From the NCBI GenBank assembly GCA_964276515.1, contig OZ193910.1:1550001-1614000 (forward strand): a stretch of DNA of 64,000 bases, written 5' to 3'. Below are positions 1 to 12,448 of the stretch, one piece after another; position 1 is the first letter of the stretch; every line of letters starts with the position of its first letter. The DNA is from Gordius albopunctatus (lineage: Eukaryota). The notes under the pieces were generated by a model. The model did not search any database, was not told the DNA's origin, and saw only the letters and a program-made list of their open reading frames with translations. Made by a program: the position numbers and the translations under genes.

Positions 1-301
1 ATTACACAAAGGAATAGATGATTACTAAGTTTGACAAAAGTCTTTACTGATATAAAATTTAAGTTTGATCCCTTTCCTAGACAAAAATATTAGCTAGACC
101 ACTGCATATTTTTTATATGTCTATAAAAAATATAAAGGTGGACCTCGAGAAAATTTAAAATTAAATATAGATTTTGAGTAAATCTTAAGCGCTTTGTGTG
201 TAATTGAATAGATTAGCAGCCAATATATTTTTTAACGAGTTTAATGGATTAATTTACTTAAAAATCGAAATGTCTAGATATGCTGTTCAAGCAGAAATCA
301 T

Positions 302-3300
302 ATGGCGCACATAATTCTAAAGTCAACGTATTTGCCTGAATTAGAGCAAGTAAATCATATTGTTTTAATATCAACAATAACTTGTCAATAGGAAAATTTT
401 AAGCCTGAAGCTTTTGTTGAAAAATTGGCATCAAAAGTCTTAGGAAGTAGCTCTTCAACTTTTCAACCACAATTAACGAGAGATGCTATGGTAGAGGTGA
501 TTGAAGAATTATCTGTTTTGAAGGATGAAACGCGGAAAAAAATAAACTCCTTAGAAAGTGAGTGCGCAACTGAAGAGCAACAATTTATGGAAAAAATTGG
601 GTCTCTTGCTAAAAGGCATCAAGTAAATTAAATATACTAATTTAATTTCACACTTTTTAGAACATATTGCATAAATATCAAGATTTAGATGATCGGGTCA
701 ATTTTATAGCCAATAAAGTCATACATTTGGGGGATCAGTTAGAAAATGTTAGCCTACCTCGTACAAGAATCATAGAAGCTAAGAAATTGCTTAAATATTT
801 TGCTGACTTTATGAGCCCTGAAGGAATTCCAACAAATTCCATCTTTACTGACCCACAACATGTAAATTTTTATAAATTATCTATTTTCTTTTATATTTTA
901 ATATGTAACTTTTGAAAAAACTGCAGATAGTTTTCCTAAACTTCTTGACTCATCATATTGAATATAATTTCTAGATTAACGAGGCAGCAAATATCATTCA
1001 GAGACTTTATGTAATATCTCAAGAAATATCAACAGAAGGCAATCCTAAATATCAAATTGCAAAAGAAAGGATAAGAGAAGCTTATGAAAAGATAGAAACT
1101 GCCCTTTTCGAAGCTTTTATTGCTGCCCAAGCATTGGGTGATATTCCTCTTATGAGACAATTAGTTGCTGTCTTGTGCAATTTCAAAGTGATTTCATAGG
1201 ATTTGTAAATCATTTAATCACTCTAGTAAACATAGAATACAACTTTTTAATTATATATTACTTTTTTATTTTGTATTTATTCTTTTTTAGAATTATTATC
1301 GATGCGTAGATGCTTTTATGGAGCAATGTCAAATGGTAAGTTTTGCCTAAGACCCTAATTTTACCTTGGAAAAACAATTTTCATTTTCTCTTCATTCGTT
1401 AAATTTATGAACTTTATGGACCTCTCAACTAATAATTTAATAACTGTGTAATTGTTATATCTTGTTTATGAAGCTTTTTAGAAAGATTTACTTTATTTAT
1501 GAAGCCTTAAGAGTTAGGCTTTATAATAACAAGTATCTCATATTTATTAATTTTAATCTCATGATATTGTAGGGTGCTTTCTATCGTCACGATGTTTTTG
1601 GGGATGCCTTAACGTTGTGTCAAAAAAGTTCCACACTCATAGATTCAATATTTCCCAACCCACAAGGCGTTTATTCCAAATTCATCATTAACGTCTTCCA
1701 AGGCAAAATCAACGTAAATACTAAATTAATATAAGAGCTGTTGAAGTATTACATCTCATATACAAACTGCTTCAAATTCTGAAAGGGTAACTTTGTCAGT
1801 TTCTTATTTGAAATGGACCAATTAGATTACGGTTAAATATTACAAAAGTATGTAGTCCAGTACAATTGTTCATTGAAATCGTTTTAATTGAGTATTAACA
1901 ACAAATACTTTTTCATTTGTTTTATCACTAATATCACAACAGGTCTACAAAAAACAATCCTGCAATCGAACCTATAATCTGATCTGATAGAGTGGGGAGG
2001 GAGGTTCACGTAAACGCTGATAAATTTAAATATAGAGGGGAAACAAAATACTAAAATAATAGACTCGTAGATGAAACCTTAATCTACAGCAATAAATCAA
2101 TATTTCTGCAGTATAAATTAAAAATGCCCTGGTAATATAGCCTTAAAAAGGTTAAAATTGGCATTTTTCGTTCATTCAACCTGTTTTATCCTAAAAACTG
2201 TAAGTTTTGGAGAAAAAACTAAAAACAGATGATTTTTCAGCGCAAAATTCTCTATCAGAATTATTGGTCGGATTGTGGGATGTAATCACAAATTCAATAT
2301 TTGTAGAGACTTGAGGGCGTCCTCCCTTCTCTTCAACACTAGGAATTAAGTGCGTGTTGTTGTTTTGGTAATCAAGTAATTTGTCAATGTAAAAGATAGG
2401 GATAGTTAATTTTGTATATAATTTAAAAAGTAAATGTGCTAGGATAAAAAAAAGTTGTGAATACATTCCTCACCCATATATCTACGAATTAAATCTATTA
2501 AATAAAATTTTTACCGATTAATTTGCAAGTTATTGACGTTTGAAAAACGCTAAAATCGCGTTTTTGGCAACTTTGACAGCGAATATTTAAAAAACTTGAC
2601 GTATCGGGGGAAAACTAAAAACATATTTGTGTTCACCGTGAAAAACTCTACCAGAATCTGCAAACAGTTTGCCGGTTGATTTCACAAGTCCATTATTTGT
2701 TGACCAGTGTTATTAAACACTAAAAAAATATATTCTATGAATTTAGATTAATTATAATACCAAGGAAATTGTTTTTTATATTGAAGTATATAAGTCTTTC
2801 AGCAAATATTAATTTTATTGACTAAAAATCACTATTTTTAATATTTCGCTACGTTTTGCACCAGGACCACATCCAAACCCTTTTAGAAGAGAGGGGAAAC
2901 GACGCCGAAGCCTACCTTAAATGTCTATTCGATTTATATACTCGGTATTATTAATTTATTTATTTATTTTAATTAAATTTATTTTTTTTAATTTAGGACA
3001 CAAAATTTGTGCGATAATTTAGTAAACGTCAAGATGGGGATAGACGCGCAGCTGTTGTCTCGATTGACGAAAAACTTGTTTGGACGTTACTTGGAAGATT
3101 ATCTTAGGTTAACTAAATCCAAAATTCTTCTTTGATGTTTTAGAAATAGTTGAGGGTTGTTCGTTATTAACCGTAGATTACTACTTAGACTGCTAATGCC
3201 TTACCTATCGAATGCTAAATGGTGCTCCCTTTTTATCCGCCATAACCTATTTACTAACTCTTCGAGCTGTAAGTCTACCGAGGGATCGTGGAGTTCTATT

Positions 3301-6300
3301 GTTATTAAATTATTTTGGAGAACAATTATTATGAATTTTTACCTATATTGATGTTATTTTAGTATTTTATTTCTTCGGTATATTTACATATTATTTAATT
3401 ATTTACAAAATTGCCGTAGACTACTTTATATTTTTTTCCAAATGTAAAATTTTTACCCGGGTGTATTTCGAAATAAATCTTAGTAGCATCGAAATCAAAA
3501 AAGTGAAGGTCATATCTGTGAACCGGCTGAATCCGGAATTAGGGGCAGAATTATGAGCACATTTCAAAATGGCGGAATAAAATAAGCAGCGTCGGCGAGC
3601 AGTCTATGTAGTAGTGATGAATTTTCTATAAATAAGACAAAATCTTTTATAATGGGTAATCGCTTAACTCCATAATGTACCCTTCTATTTATGTATCTAC
3701 ATGCTTCAACTTAGCGGGCCGAAAAGTTATTTGGAATACGTTTTACACGTATAACAAAAACGAATTATTTTTTTGTTAAATATACTAATTTTGATTTTGT
3801 ATATTTTTGATGGAAAATAGTGGTAGTACCGAAATCTTCAAGTCTAATTTGAATATGTAGAGTAATGTTTTGTGGGGTCGTTTCTGACCCCATTTACACG
3901 AAACGCGTATTAATATTATCCTTGAACCGTCGGTATTTTTAGTGTGGAACTCCGATTTTTACGAGGCAAATTTCAGTTCATCCTAGATTCCTTCTACAAA
4001 TCCATAGGATTCGATAAAAAACCCATCTCCACGGGAGGGTAATTTACTACTATTATATTATTTAGCCATCTTTCGATATTATATGAAACATTTTCCGGAA
4101 CCGGGCCCCCAAATTTTACGCTAGGTCGGGCTTTAGGCGGGCGGTGCAGGGCCCCCCGATACCTGGACTTGGATTGAGATTTTAAAAAAAAGTTGTTTTT
4201 TCCCCCAAACATTTCCCCATAAATAAGATCATTTTCAAACAACAATCTATCTATCCATTCGCGCCGTCTTTTGGAAAAATGTTATTTTCCAACTTGGACT
4301 TGAACGTCATTAAAGTAATTTCTACCGATAACAGGACAGGACTGACTGAGGGACGGACGGACGGACAACCAAATGAGAGTCCATAAATTGCGTAGCAATT
4401 AATCATATAATTCATTATCATTCGGAGCGACAATCGCTGATGAATCCTTAATTTTCTGATCTTCCACGTATTCTAAAGGCGTGAACCCATACACTTTTAG
4501 TTTTTAGATTTAGTGACATTTCGTTCGCCAGTTTTGATCAGTAACTCGAAACTACCTTGATTTCACCATACAAATGCAGAAGTTGGTCTGTTTAGCTAAT
4601 TTCAAAATTGTAAGAAAGCTTACAAATTTAATTCTTAGCCTGCCCGCGAGGGAAGATTGCATTTGAATGATATTCTCGTAATTTTGGATTTTTTCGAAAA
4701 TTAAATATATATATATATAGCTCCAATAAATGTTGGCGAATGGTAAAAGAATATTTTTTGTTTTCATTTTAGTTTTTCCGACTTGAGACGGATGATAGGA
4801 GCTTCGTTCGGGACGGGTGGGAACGAACCCGCTTACGGGATTAACGAACCCGCTATCGTGGTTTCGGATGAGCTCGTGGCTCAAAAGATGATTCAAGAGA
4901 TGCAAACTAGTTTGGCTCGCAGCAAAAAGGTAAGTATTGTTATAATTTCACCCGATAATCAAAGAACTCACCTTCATTCGTAATATCTTAATAACGTAAA
5001 ATTAGGGAATTCATGATGTCGAGTATGATGTAGTAAAACACATATTTCTTTCAATAATCCCTTCTTTTTTTCGACTATCTTCCGAGATTCTTCTACTCCT
5101 AGGTACAATTGTTTTTTGTTATTCGCGAGAGCTTCTCTCTCTCTATCTCATTTCCCCGATGATTCTATTACATTTCCACATCTGGTGCCGACTTTTAAAC
5201 TTTTATATACGACAGGATCGAAGTTGTTTTTATGGTAGTTGGAGTAACATTATTTTAGAAAGACTACTAGTGTCGAGTCAAAATTTACGAAGGGTATGGG
5301 AGATTAAATAGTTAAAACTTTAAGTTTGTTAAATTTTTGTGCTCAGCTGTTCTCCAGTCCTATTGTTGTATTGTAAATCGATGGAAACATGCATACAGCG
5401 CCCGCCCCCCCCCCCCGCCCCCCTGAATTCCGGAATCTTACGATACCGGTCGCTTTGGCCTTGAAAGTAGCTTGGAATTACGGTTTCGCCTCTCTCTGGG
5501 CCTAGTTTTTGTTTTGCTCTTTTTGATTTATCATACCTTTGGCCAATTTGAAGATTATGTCCAAACTAAATTCACCACAACAGCCCTCTCTTCAGAGGAC
5601 AAATTCTCTAGACAGGTTTTTTTGTGAAATTTTTACTGCATTTTTAAAATAGGAAAAGCATCTATAATAATAATTGATTCGTCTTCTTCTTCTTTGTCAT
5701 TTATTTGGTTCCACAGTGGTGGAGATTGTTTGGATGAGTTTCTTCCAACTTGATCGTGTAAGAGGGCCAATCTTAGATTTCAGAACTTTGTCCACTTGCC
5801 CCCTTTTCCACGTGACACGAAGTCGTCCTCTTCCTCTCTTACCCGGTACCTCGGTGTCCAGTACTTTTCGAGATTTACATCATTCATCGTCTCCCTCCTT
5901 AGTATATGCCCCCATACCACATCAGCTGATTTCCGTTAAAAAAATATTTTTTCCACAAAATCCAATAAAAAATAAAATTTTCAAATTAGATTAATGGTTT
6001 CGGAAAATTTTCTAAAATATTTTCCCTGGGCCATGCTTTTAGTTATCCCAGCCTCAACGCGTCACCATAGAGGCCTTCACGATTTTCGATACCCTTATGG
6101 AGTTTCTCTACGTACAACACATCGATTACGGGATCGAGTTCGAAAGTCAAGGTACTTTAATTTATTAATTATTGATTGATTTTATTTTGCCGATAATCGA
6201 TTTTTATCGATTGATCACCAAATTTGAAATGGTAATATCGGTCGTTTGCGTGTGTCTTATAAAATAATAACCCTTAGCAACATTTATGTTTTGTGGGAGG

Positions 6301-9300
6301 CAAGAAAATCATTAGGATGGATTAATTTATTGGATAGTTTTAAATTAGTATATAGGGGTTCTATATCGTTTAGATTACGTAAGATATCATCTATATTCAT
6401 ATATAAGTGTTTTCCAAAAGTTACCCACACAATTTGTAATTTGCATTTTGGGCATCAACTTAGAAACCGGGAAAACTCTCCTTCTTATAAGCAACTAGCT
6501 TAGCTACTTGGCTAGTGATAGGACTGCCTTTCAAAATTCAATATTATAATTAAAATTAATATATAAATAAAATTAAAATATCTCTATTTTTCGCCACTAG
6601 ATAATGGTTAGTCGTTTAAACATAAACAAACCAATGGTTTTTTGGTCTCTTAGTCGAATTTTGAAAAACTTAGTCTTGGTAAAACCAGGGGTTGACCATA
6701 CGAAACCCAGGCGTTTTTACAACACTACTAGCATACAAATTTAATAAATCGCATTTTACATTTTTATTTTGTCCCTTTTTGTTTCGTCCGTTATTTAGTT
6801 TTATTAAACTTGGAGTCGGGGCTGAACAAATTGAACCAGTTGCCGGAGATGAGATTTTTCAAAACGGTTTCCGAGATCAATAAAATCATACAATCGGTGC
6901 TGCAATTGTTGGAGGATTGCCTAAATCCACTCATATCGTAAGAGATGAATGTGTTATCGTTTAAAGTTTTTTTGCCTTTTGCCCCCCCCCCCCATAAATT
7001 ATATTGTTTTGAAAATTTTAATTTTTCGCAATTTTGATATTGTGAAAGGATCATTTTCTCATGTATTTTGGTGGGTTATGTCTGGGTCGGTCACCTTAGA
7101 GATGGATTCTTTAGTCCGAATGCTATCATCATTTTGTAGCGATGTTTTAAAAGTTGCCAAAGATTATCAACAGATTAATTACATACGGCTGTGCGCTTAT
7201 ATATGGAATATCTCAGAAAGATTGAATTTAATGAGATTTTTGCATGTTTTGAAAACTGCTATTCAAAAATATGTTAAAATCACTAAAAATATTTTTACAC
7301 CATCGAAAGTAGCACTTAATCAATGGTTTCATTTAATTACCTACGTATTTTTATTATGTTTTATCATCATCATGAGCTTTAGAATCAATCAATTTTTTTG
7401 ATTTTTTCATCGAGCTAAAAAATACTTTTCGAAAACCGTAAGAACGTCACCATAGAAAACTCTAATTATATTTACTTTAAATATACTTTGTAAGTGGATT
7501 ATTTTTATTAAATGATTAGATAAACGCTACTTTTTACTAATTTTTAGGGAATTTTCCTTTTGACTCCATCTCACATAAAAAAGGTGTTTTCGGGAGTTAT
7601 TAAAACGTTTTTCCCACAAAAATTTAGTGGGCATCACAAAAAGGCGTTGACCGCTCACGTGCAAAAAAGGCGTAAGCTGCGCGAAAAGTTGGAACAGAAA
7701 ATATGCGCGGGTTTGGAGAAGTGCCTAAGCATTTTTGGAGCTTGGATCAGGCATACCCTGACCCTGGAACAAAAGAGAGCTGATTTTAATTCGCCCACCG
7801 ATGTGATCACGTGTCAAACTAGTCACATGACTTCTGGACCCTCCCTCAACACCGGAGTCAGTATTTAGTTATACCCGCCCTCCCCCATCCTCTTTGGGTG
7901 GGTGAGGTCCCCTAGACTCCAGTTAGGGGTTATATTAATGCTGTTTCAAACAAATTGAAGTTCTTCTTTAGGATCTTCCCTTATCATCGTGTTAATTTGT
8001 TTTAATTTATTATTTAAATAAACTTGATACAACAAGTGTTGTAAAAACGCCTGGGTTTTGTTTGGTCCGACTTTGGTGTGTTTTTAAAATTTCAACCAAG
8101 CTTAGGGGTCAACTACGAAAAAGAGACCAAAGTCTCCAAAGCCCAGCCGTTTTTGCTACACCAGCTGATGATACTCTCATCCTCCTTATCGCATCGATTA
8201 TTTGGATGAAGAGGATCTCTTTGACCTTTTTGAGAATAAATGTAAAATTCGGTGATTTGTTATCGCGCGAATAAAGAGCGGATTAAAGGAGTAATTTGGT
8301 AGAATTTGAAAGATACACATGGACGTAGTAGCCAGTATTGCATCTAGAGGGGGGGAGAAGGGTAAAATAATAATTTTTGGAAATTTGAGCCATAATTGCA
8401 TTAAGTAAAAGACTTTCTGGATATAAAAGGGGCAGTCCCTGGCGGCTACACCCAAAAGATTTACATGAAACCTTAAATCGAAAGTGAAAGGTTGTCGTTG
8501 TTGTGGGAAGATGCTTTTGAGATATTGTGGCTGGGGCTACATGTGAAATTAATTTTTTTTTAAATCGGAATTGTTTTTTTTTAATAGTTTTTGAAAGCGG
8601 TTTGCGGTTTTGGGTGACCCACATGGGACTTGATAAGTTATATTTCGAATCGCAAAATCATTTTTTGCGCCCCTTCTATATAGTATCTGTTTAAAAGTAA
8701 TTCATTTTATAATCGCTTTTGAATTTTCTCATTTATGAGATGACCAAAAATAAAAGATTGGTTAGGTTTTATGAAATACGCGGGTGCTAAAGTAGTTTTA
8801 GATTGTTTACACGTATAGCTTTAAAACTTATTTTGTTAAAGGAATTGTTTTGACCTTTCGTTCAACACCTTTAAATTGCCGTTTTACTATTTTAAGACGT
8901 GTGATTTAGTGATTACAATTTACTTGAATCATTAAAATTGTCCTCTTCCGGTTTTAAACGACTCTGGGATCACGTGGGCCCCAAACCAATCAGCGGGATA
9001 TATTTCTTTATCCCTAGATTCGCTTATATTTTATTTAAAGAAGTTTTCATTGTTACTACTACTGTTATTGTTAGACTTGTACCAAAGTGGTTAAATTTGT
9101 GATTGGCCAAGTGAAATTCCTACGACACACGTTAGACGGCAAAAATCTGGACATTTTTTTGCTTGATTTTGGCACCGAGTTCCACAGAGCAGTGCTGGAT
9201 CATTTGCTAACGTTTACTTACAACGTGACAGGTATGTGTGATGGGCCTAGCCGGCGGGGGGGGCGGCTGCCCCCCTCTAAACCCAAAAATTTTTGAAATT

Positions 9301-10459
9301 TAATAAAATTTGAAAAAATTATAATTTTACCCCTCCCTAAATCATTATTAATCGTGAATGGGGTTTGCTGTATACCGAGTTTAGATTATATCTTACTATA
9401 AGGATTATGAATTTTGATCGTTTTTTAGTATTATTAATGAAAATTTCATTAGGGGAATTCAGAAATTTAGGTTGGTTCGCTTCGTGGAATTATAAAACAC
9501 TTAATTTTAGCGTTAGATTTTTCAAGGTGTCAACCGTAAAGAAGTCTTCGCTGATTCTCTCTGTTAATGTAGCGTTGGCCAAGGTTTTTAAAATATTTAA
9601 TCACATGTAACGGGACTTGATTACGATAAAATGTTTAAAATTATTGCAATTTTCCGAAATAAATTGGAAATTTTGTGCTTTAGGCGCAATCGTGGTGATT
9701 TGTGACGTGAACGAGTATCGTTCATGCGCTAAAGAATTTCACTCGCCCCTCATCCTCAGTTTGTTCGATGGCTTACACGCCTTAACTAACTTGCTCGTGG
9801 TCCCGCCGGAAAATGTGAAACAAATTTGTGCGGGCAAAGATTTGGTAATTCATGAGAAGCGTTGATTGCCAAGTTTTTTTTGCTTATTTTTCCTAAAAAT
9901 TCGAGTTGGAAGAGAAAAATTCATTATATGTGCCAGCGTCTAAAAATTCTTCGTTTTTTAAATTTCAGGTTTTGGAGTTTTAAGAAGTTTATTATACATT
10001 CGTAAAGAAGCCTACTTTAAGTCCATAGATTCTATCAAACCCCTCTTAAATAGTGTAGTCTTTAGATGCCATACTCGTAGCTATATAAATATAATTCTAA
10101 ATTCTATGACGTTAAATATTTAGCATCATAACTAGCTAACGCAAGCTAAGCATTATAATTTGATTGTAACATACCGTTCTTTATTGGCATTTATCTTAAA
10201 TCCAATGACTTATGATGATAGAGATTTCTTATAAAACATGTTAAAGCGCCCGTTTTTCTCGAAAAATACATCAAGTTTGGGAAATTCTCGATTGAAAAGT
10301 CTCGTGATTTTTTGTTTAAAGTTACCGCATTAAAAATATCATAGAGTTTAACGTTAATCGATCGTTTAACAGGCTAACATGGATAGGGGCATGGTCCTCA
10401 CTTTCATCCAACTCAGGTCGGATTACAAAACTTCCAAGCTTAACGCCATCTTTCGTTGA
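302..10459 (+). CDS. EXOC5: Exocyst complex component 5 (Sec10), complete multi-exon gene
   Basis: Exons read with GT-AG junctions and consistent phase: 302-349, 392-622, 661-861, 975-1187, 1291-1335, 1573-1713, 2865-2944, 2997-3107, 3943-4038, 4773-4929, 6043-6151, 6799-6937, 7628-7856, 9075-9231, 9684-9844, 10373-10459 (TGA). Sec10 motifs: ANKVIHLGDQLE..PRTR, LDGKNLDIFLLDFGTEFHRAVLDHL, ICDVNEYRSCAKEF, LHALTNLLVVPPEN, FIQLRSDY. Confidence 0.95.
5677..5945 (-). mobile_element. RTE-clade LINE 3'-end fragment, copy 1
   Basis: Decayed translation QLMWYG.ILRR...[14 protein letters not shown], matching the RTE ORF C-terminal LxWxGH..RR / GxRxRGRPxxxW pattern, with a GAAGAAGA-type tail. Confidence 0.7.
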
Positions 10460-11507
10460 AGTGATGATGGGAATGGGTGCAATACCTAGCTCACGGCCTT
10501 AGGAACGGCGACACAATTAAAATCTTTGCTCCCACATCTAATTAACTCGTACCATTGCTATCATCAAGCAGCTCTTCTTTATTTACGTAATTATGCCATA
10601 ACTCTATTGGTGGATCAGAGATTTAGTACAAAGATTGGAGAGAAGGAAGAGAGCGGTATCTCTGTCAAACCACACGTGTTTGGAGATCGCGAAATTTGGC
10701 GCTTTATTTATTTTTGCTATATATCCCTTCTTAATCGACGTATTACGGAAACAACGGCTATTTATTACATCAACACACGTTAGGAGTGTAAAAAGGTATA
10801 AATATACTATTAATACAATGATGAGGAGATGTAAACAGGATACGGTGGTTCAAGCTGCGAAAAAGCGATTTAATATTGCACTATGAATCTTGGAATGCTG
10901 AGGGGAGGGGGGAATGCTTAGGTTGTAGTAATACAATCACGATAAGCGCTTACACGTCGAACGTTAAATAAAGTGTGCTCCAAAATGGAGATGTTATTGC
11001 ACAAGGCTAGGTTTGGAAGCGTTGCCAGAATTGGTCGCCATTTTTAAATGGGATAGGTGCCGAACGAAAGTAGGTGGGCGATTAGTAACCAAGAGGAGAG
11101 TAAACAAGCCGATGCACAAAGTCCAAAGAGTACTGAAGCTGGTGTAGGCCTCATTATGGGCATAACAACGTTTGAGGTCGTCGAAAAGTTGCGTTCGAAA
11201 CTGAGGTGGGTGTTTAAGGTATCCCTTTGGACTTTAGCGAGTTTCTGGAAAATTATAAAATTTTGGTCGTTTTACGATTAAATTATAAAAGTAAATATAA
11301 ATATAATTATACGAGACTTTAAAATCAGAATTTAATAGATGCCTTATTTGAGGAATAAGATGGGGGAAAGCTAAGAATACGGTTTAAATCGCCCACAAAA
11401 CTTTCGATGGTAAATTGGATTTAACGCTATTGTGATTAAAGTATATTTTAAAAAGTGAAAATTATTAAAAGTATTTCTAATTTTTATAAATGAACGCTAA
11501 CAAAAAT

Positions 11508-11890
11508 TGGTGCATCGGTATCGGTACCGATATCACGATTTTTAACGATATCGGTACCGATACTTGAAAATTTTTTTACACTTATTTATATTATTATGTA
11601 AGTTAGTTCGTATTTACAATTTATAATATAATGTATTTATTTTTATATTATATATTGTATATACGATTTTTAATATATATAATATTTAACAACAAAGCAT
11701 TTAAAATATTTTAAATTAGAATTAGTCCACATAGAAGATCTCTTCTACCTGAGACTATCGAAAAATTACTATTTATGAAAAAAAATTGGAATATTTTAAA
11801 TAAAGCATTATAAATATTAACAAGTCTAATTTTTATAAGATGTAAAATATGGGTATCGGTTAGAAATTTGATATCAATGATGCAGCCCTA
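11508..11890. mobile_element. MITE with ATCGGT repeats between the EXOC5 and kinesin 3' ends
   Basis: TGCATCGGTATCGGTACCGATAT at the left end and GATGCAGCCCTA at the right end, around an AT-rich core. Confidence 0.55.
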
Positions 11891-12448
11891 GTATATATAG
11901 TTAGAGGTTTTATCCCATTCTCCATGAAACATGCTTTAGCCCCCCGACTAATAATACTATTGAGGTCTTCGTTGTCATTTCAAAACTTGCAAATATTTGG
12001 GAGCGAAATTGAAATTATGATGAAATATAATTCAGATAGTAAGAGAAATCACAACTATCAAAGAGACAAACGAAGGATCCTAACGAAATTGAAAGGCATT
12101 AAAAGGTAGCGATGTTCAAATTATAATGAAAAAGCACATAAAAATATGAATCGAACCTTATTTTCGCTTTTATAATCAAAATCGCCTATAACACAAGCAT
12201 TTCTTATGAATACGCTTAACAAAAATATTTTTTCCAGACCAGGTCGACCTTAACAAAAACTCCCTAGGTTTTGGAGAGGTGAATCAAATGTGGAGTAAAA
12301 TCTTCTCGGCTCAAAAAACAAACTTTTCAACACAAAAAATTAAAGAAACAACCATCATGGGGTGTATGAGTTAAGAAATCAAAATCTTTAGCGAGACTTC
12401 ATGTGCGTTTAAAGATTTAAAATTGGTTTGTTTCCCCCATAACGGACC

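Noticed and set aside
2191..2466. Many 60-150 aa ORFs in introns or antisense to exons and TEs (for example 2191, 6949, 8283, 23869, 33423)
   Set aside because: No recognisable domains; they overlap MITEs or are shadows of real frames.
11044..11244. Minus-strand frame ending in a hydrophobic stretch (VLFGLCASACLLSSWLLIAHLLSF)
   Set aside because: No upstream exon in that phase was found; it is better explained as 3'UTR after the short alternative kinesin exon.
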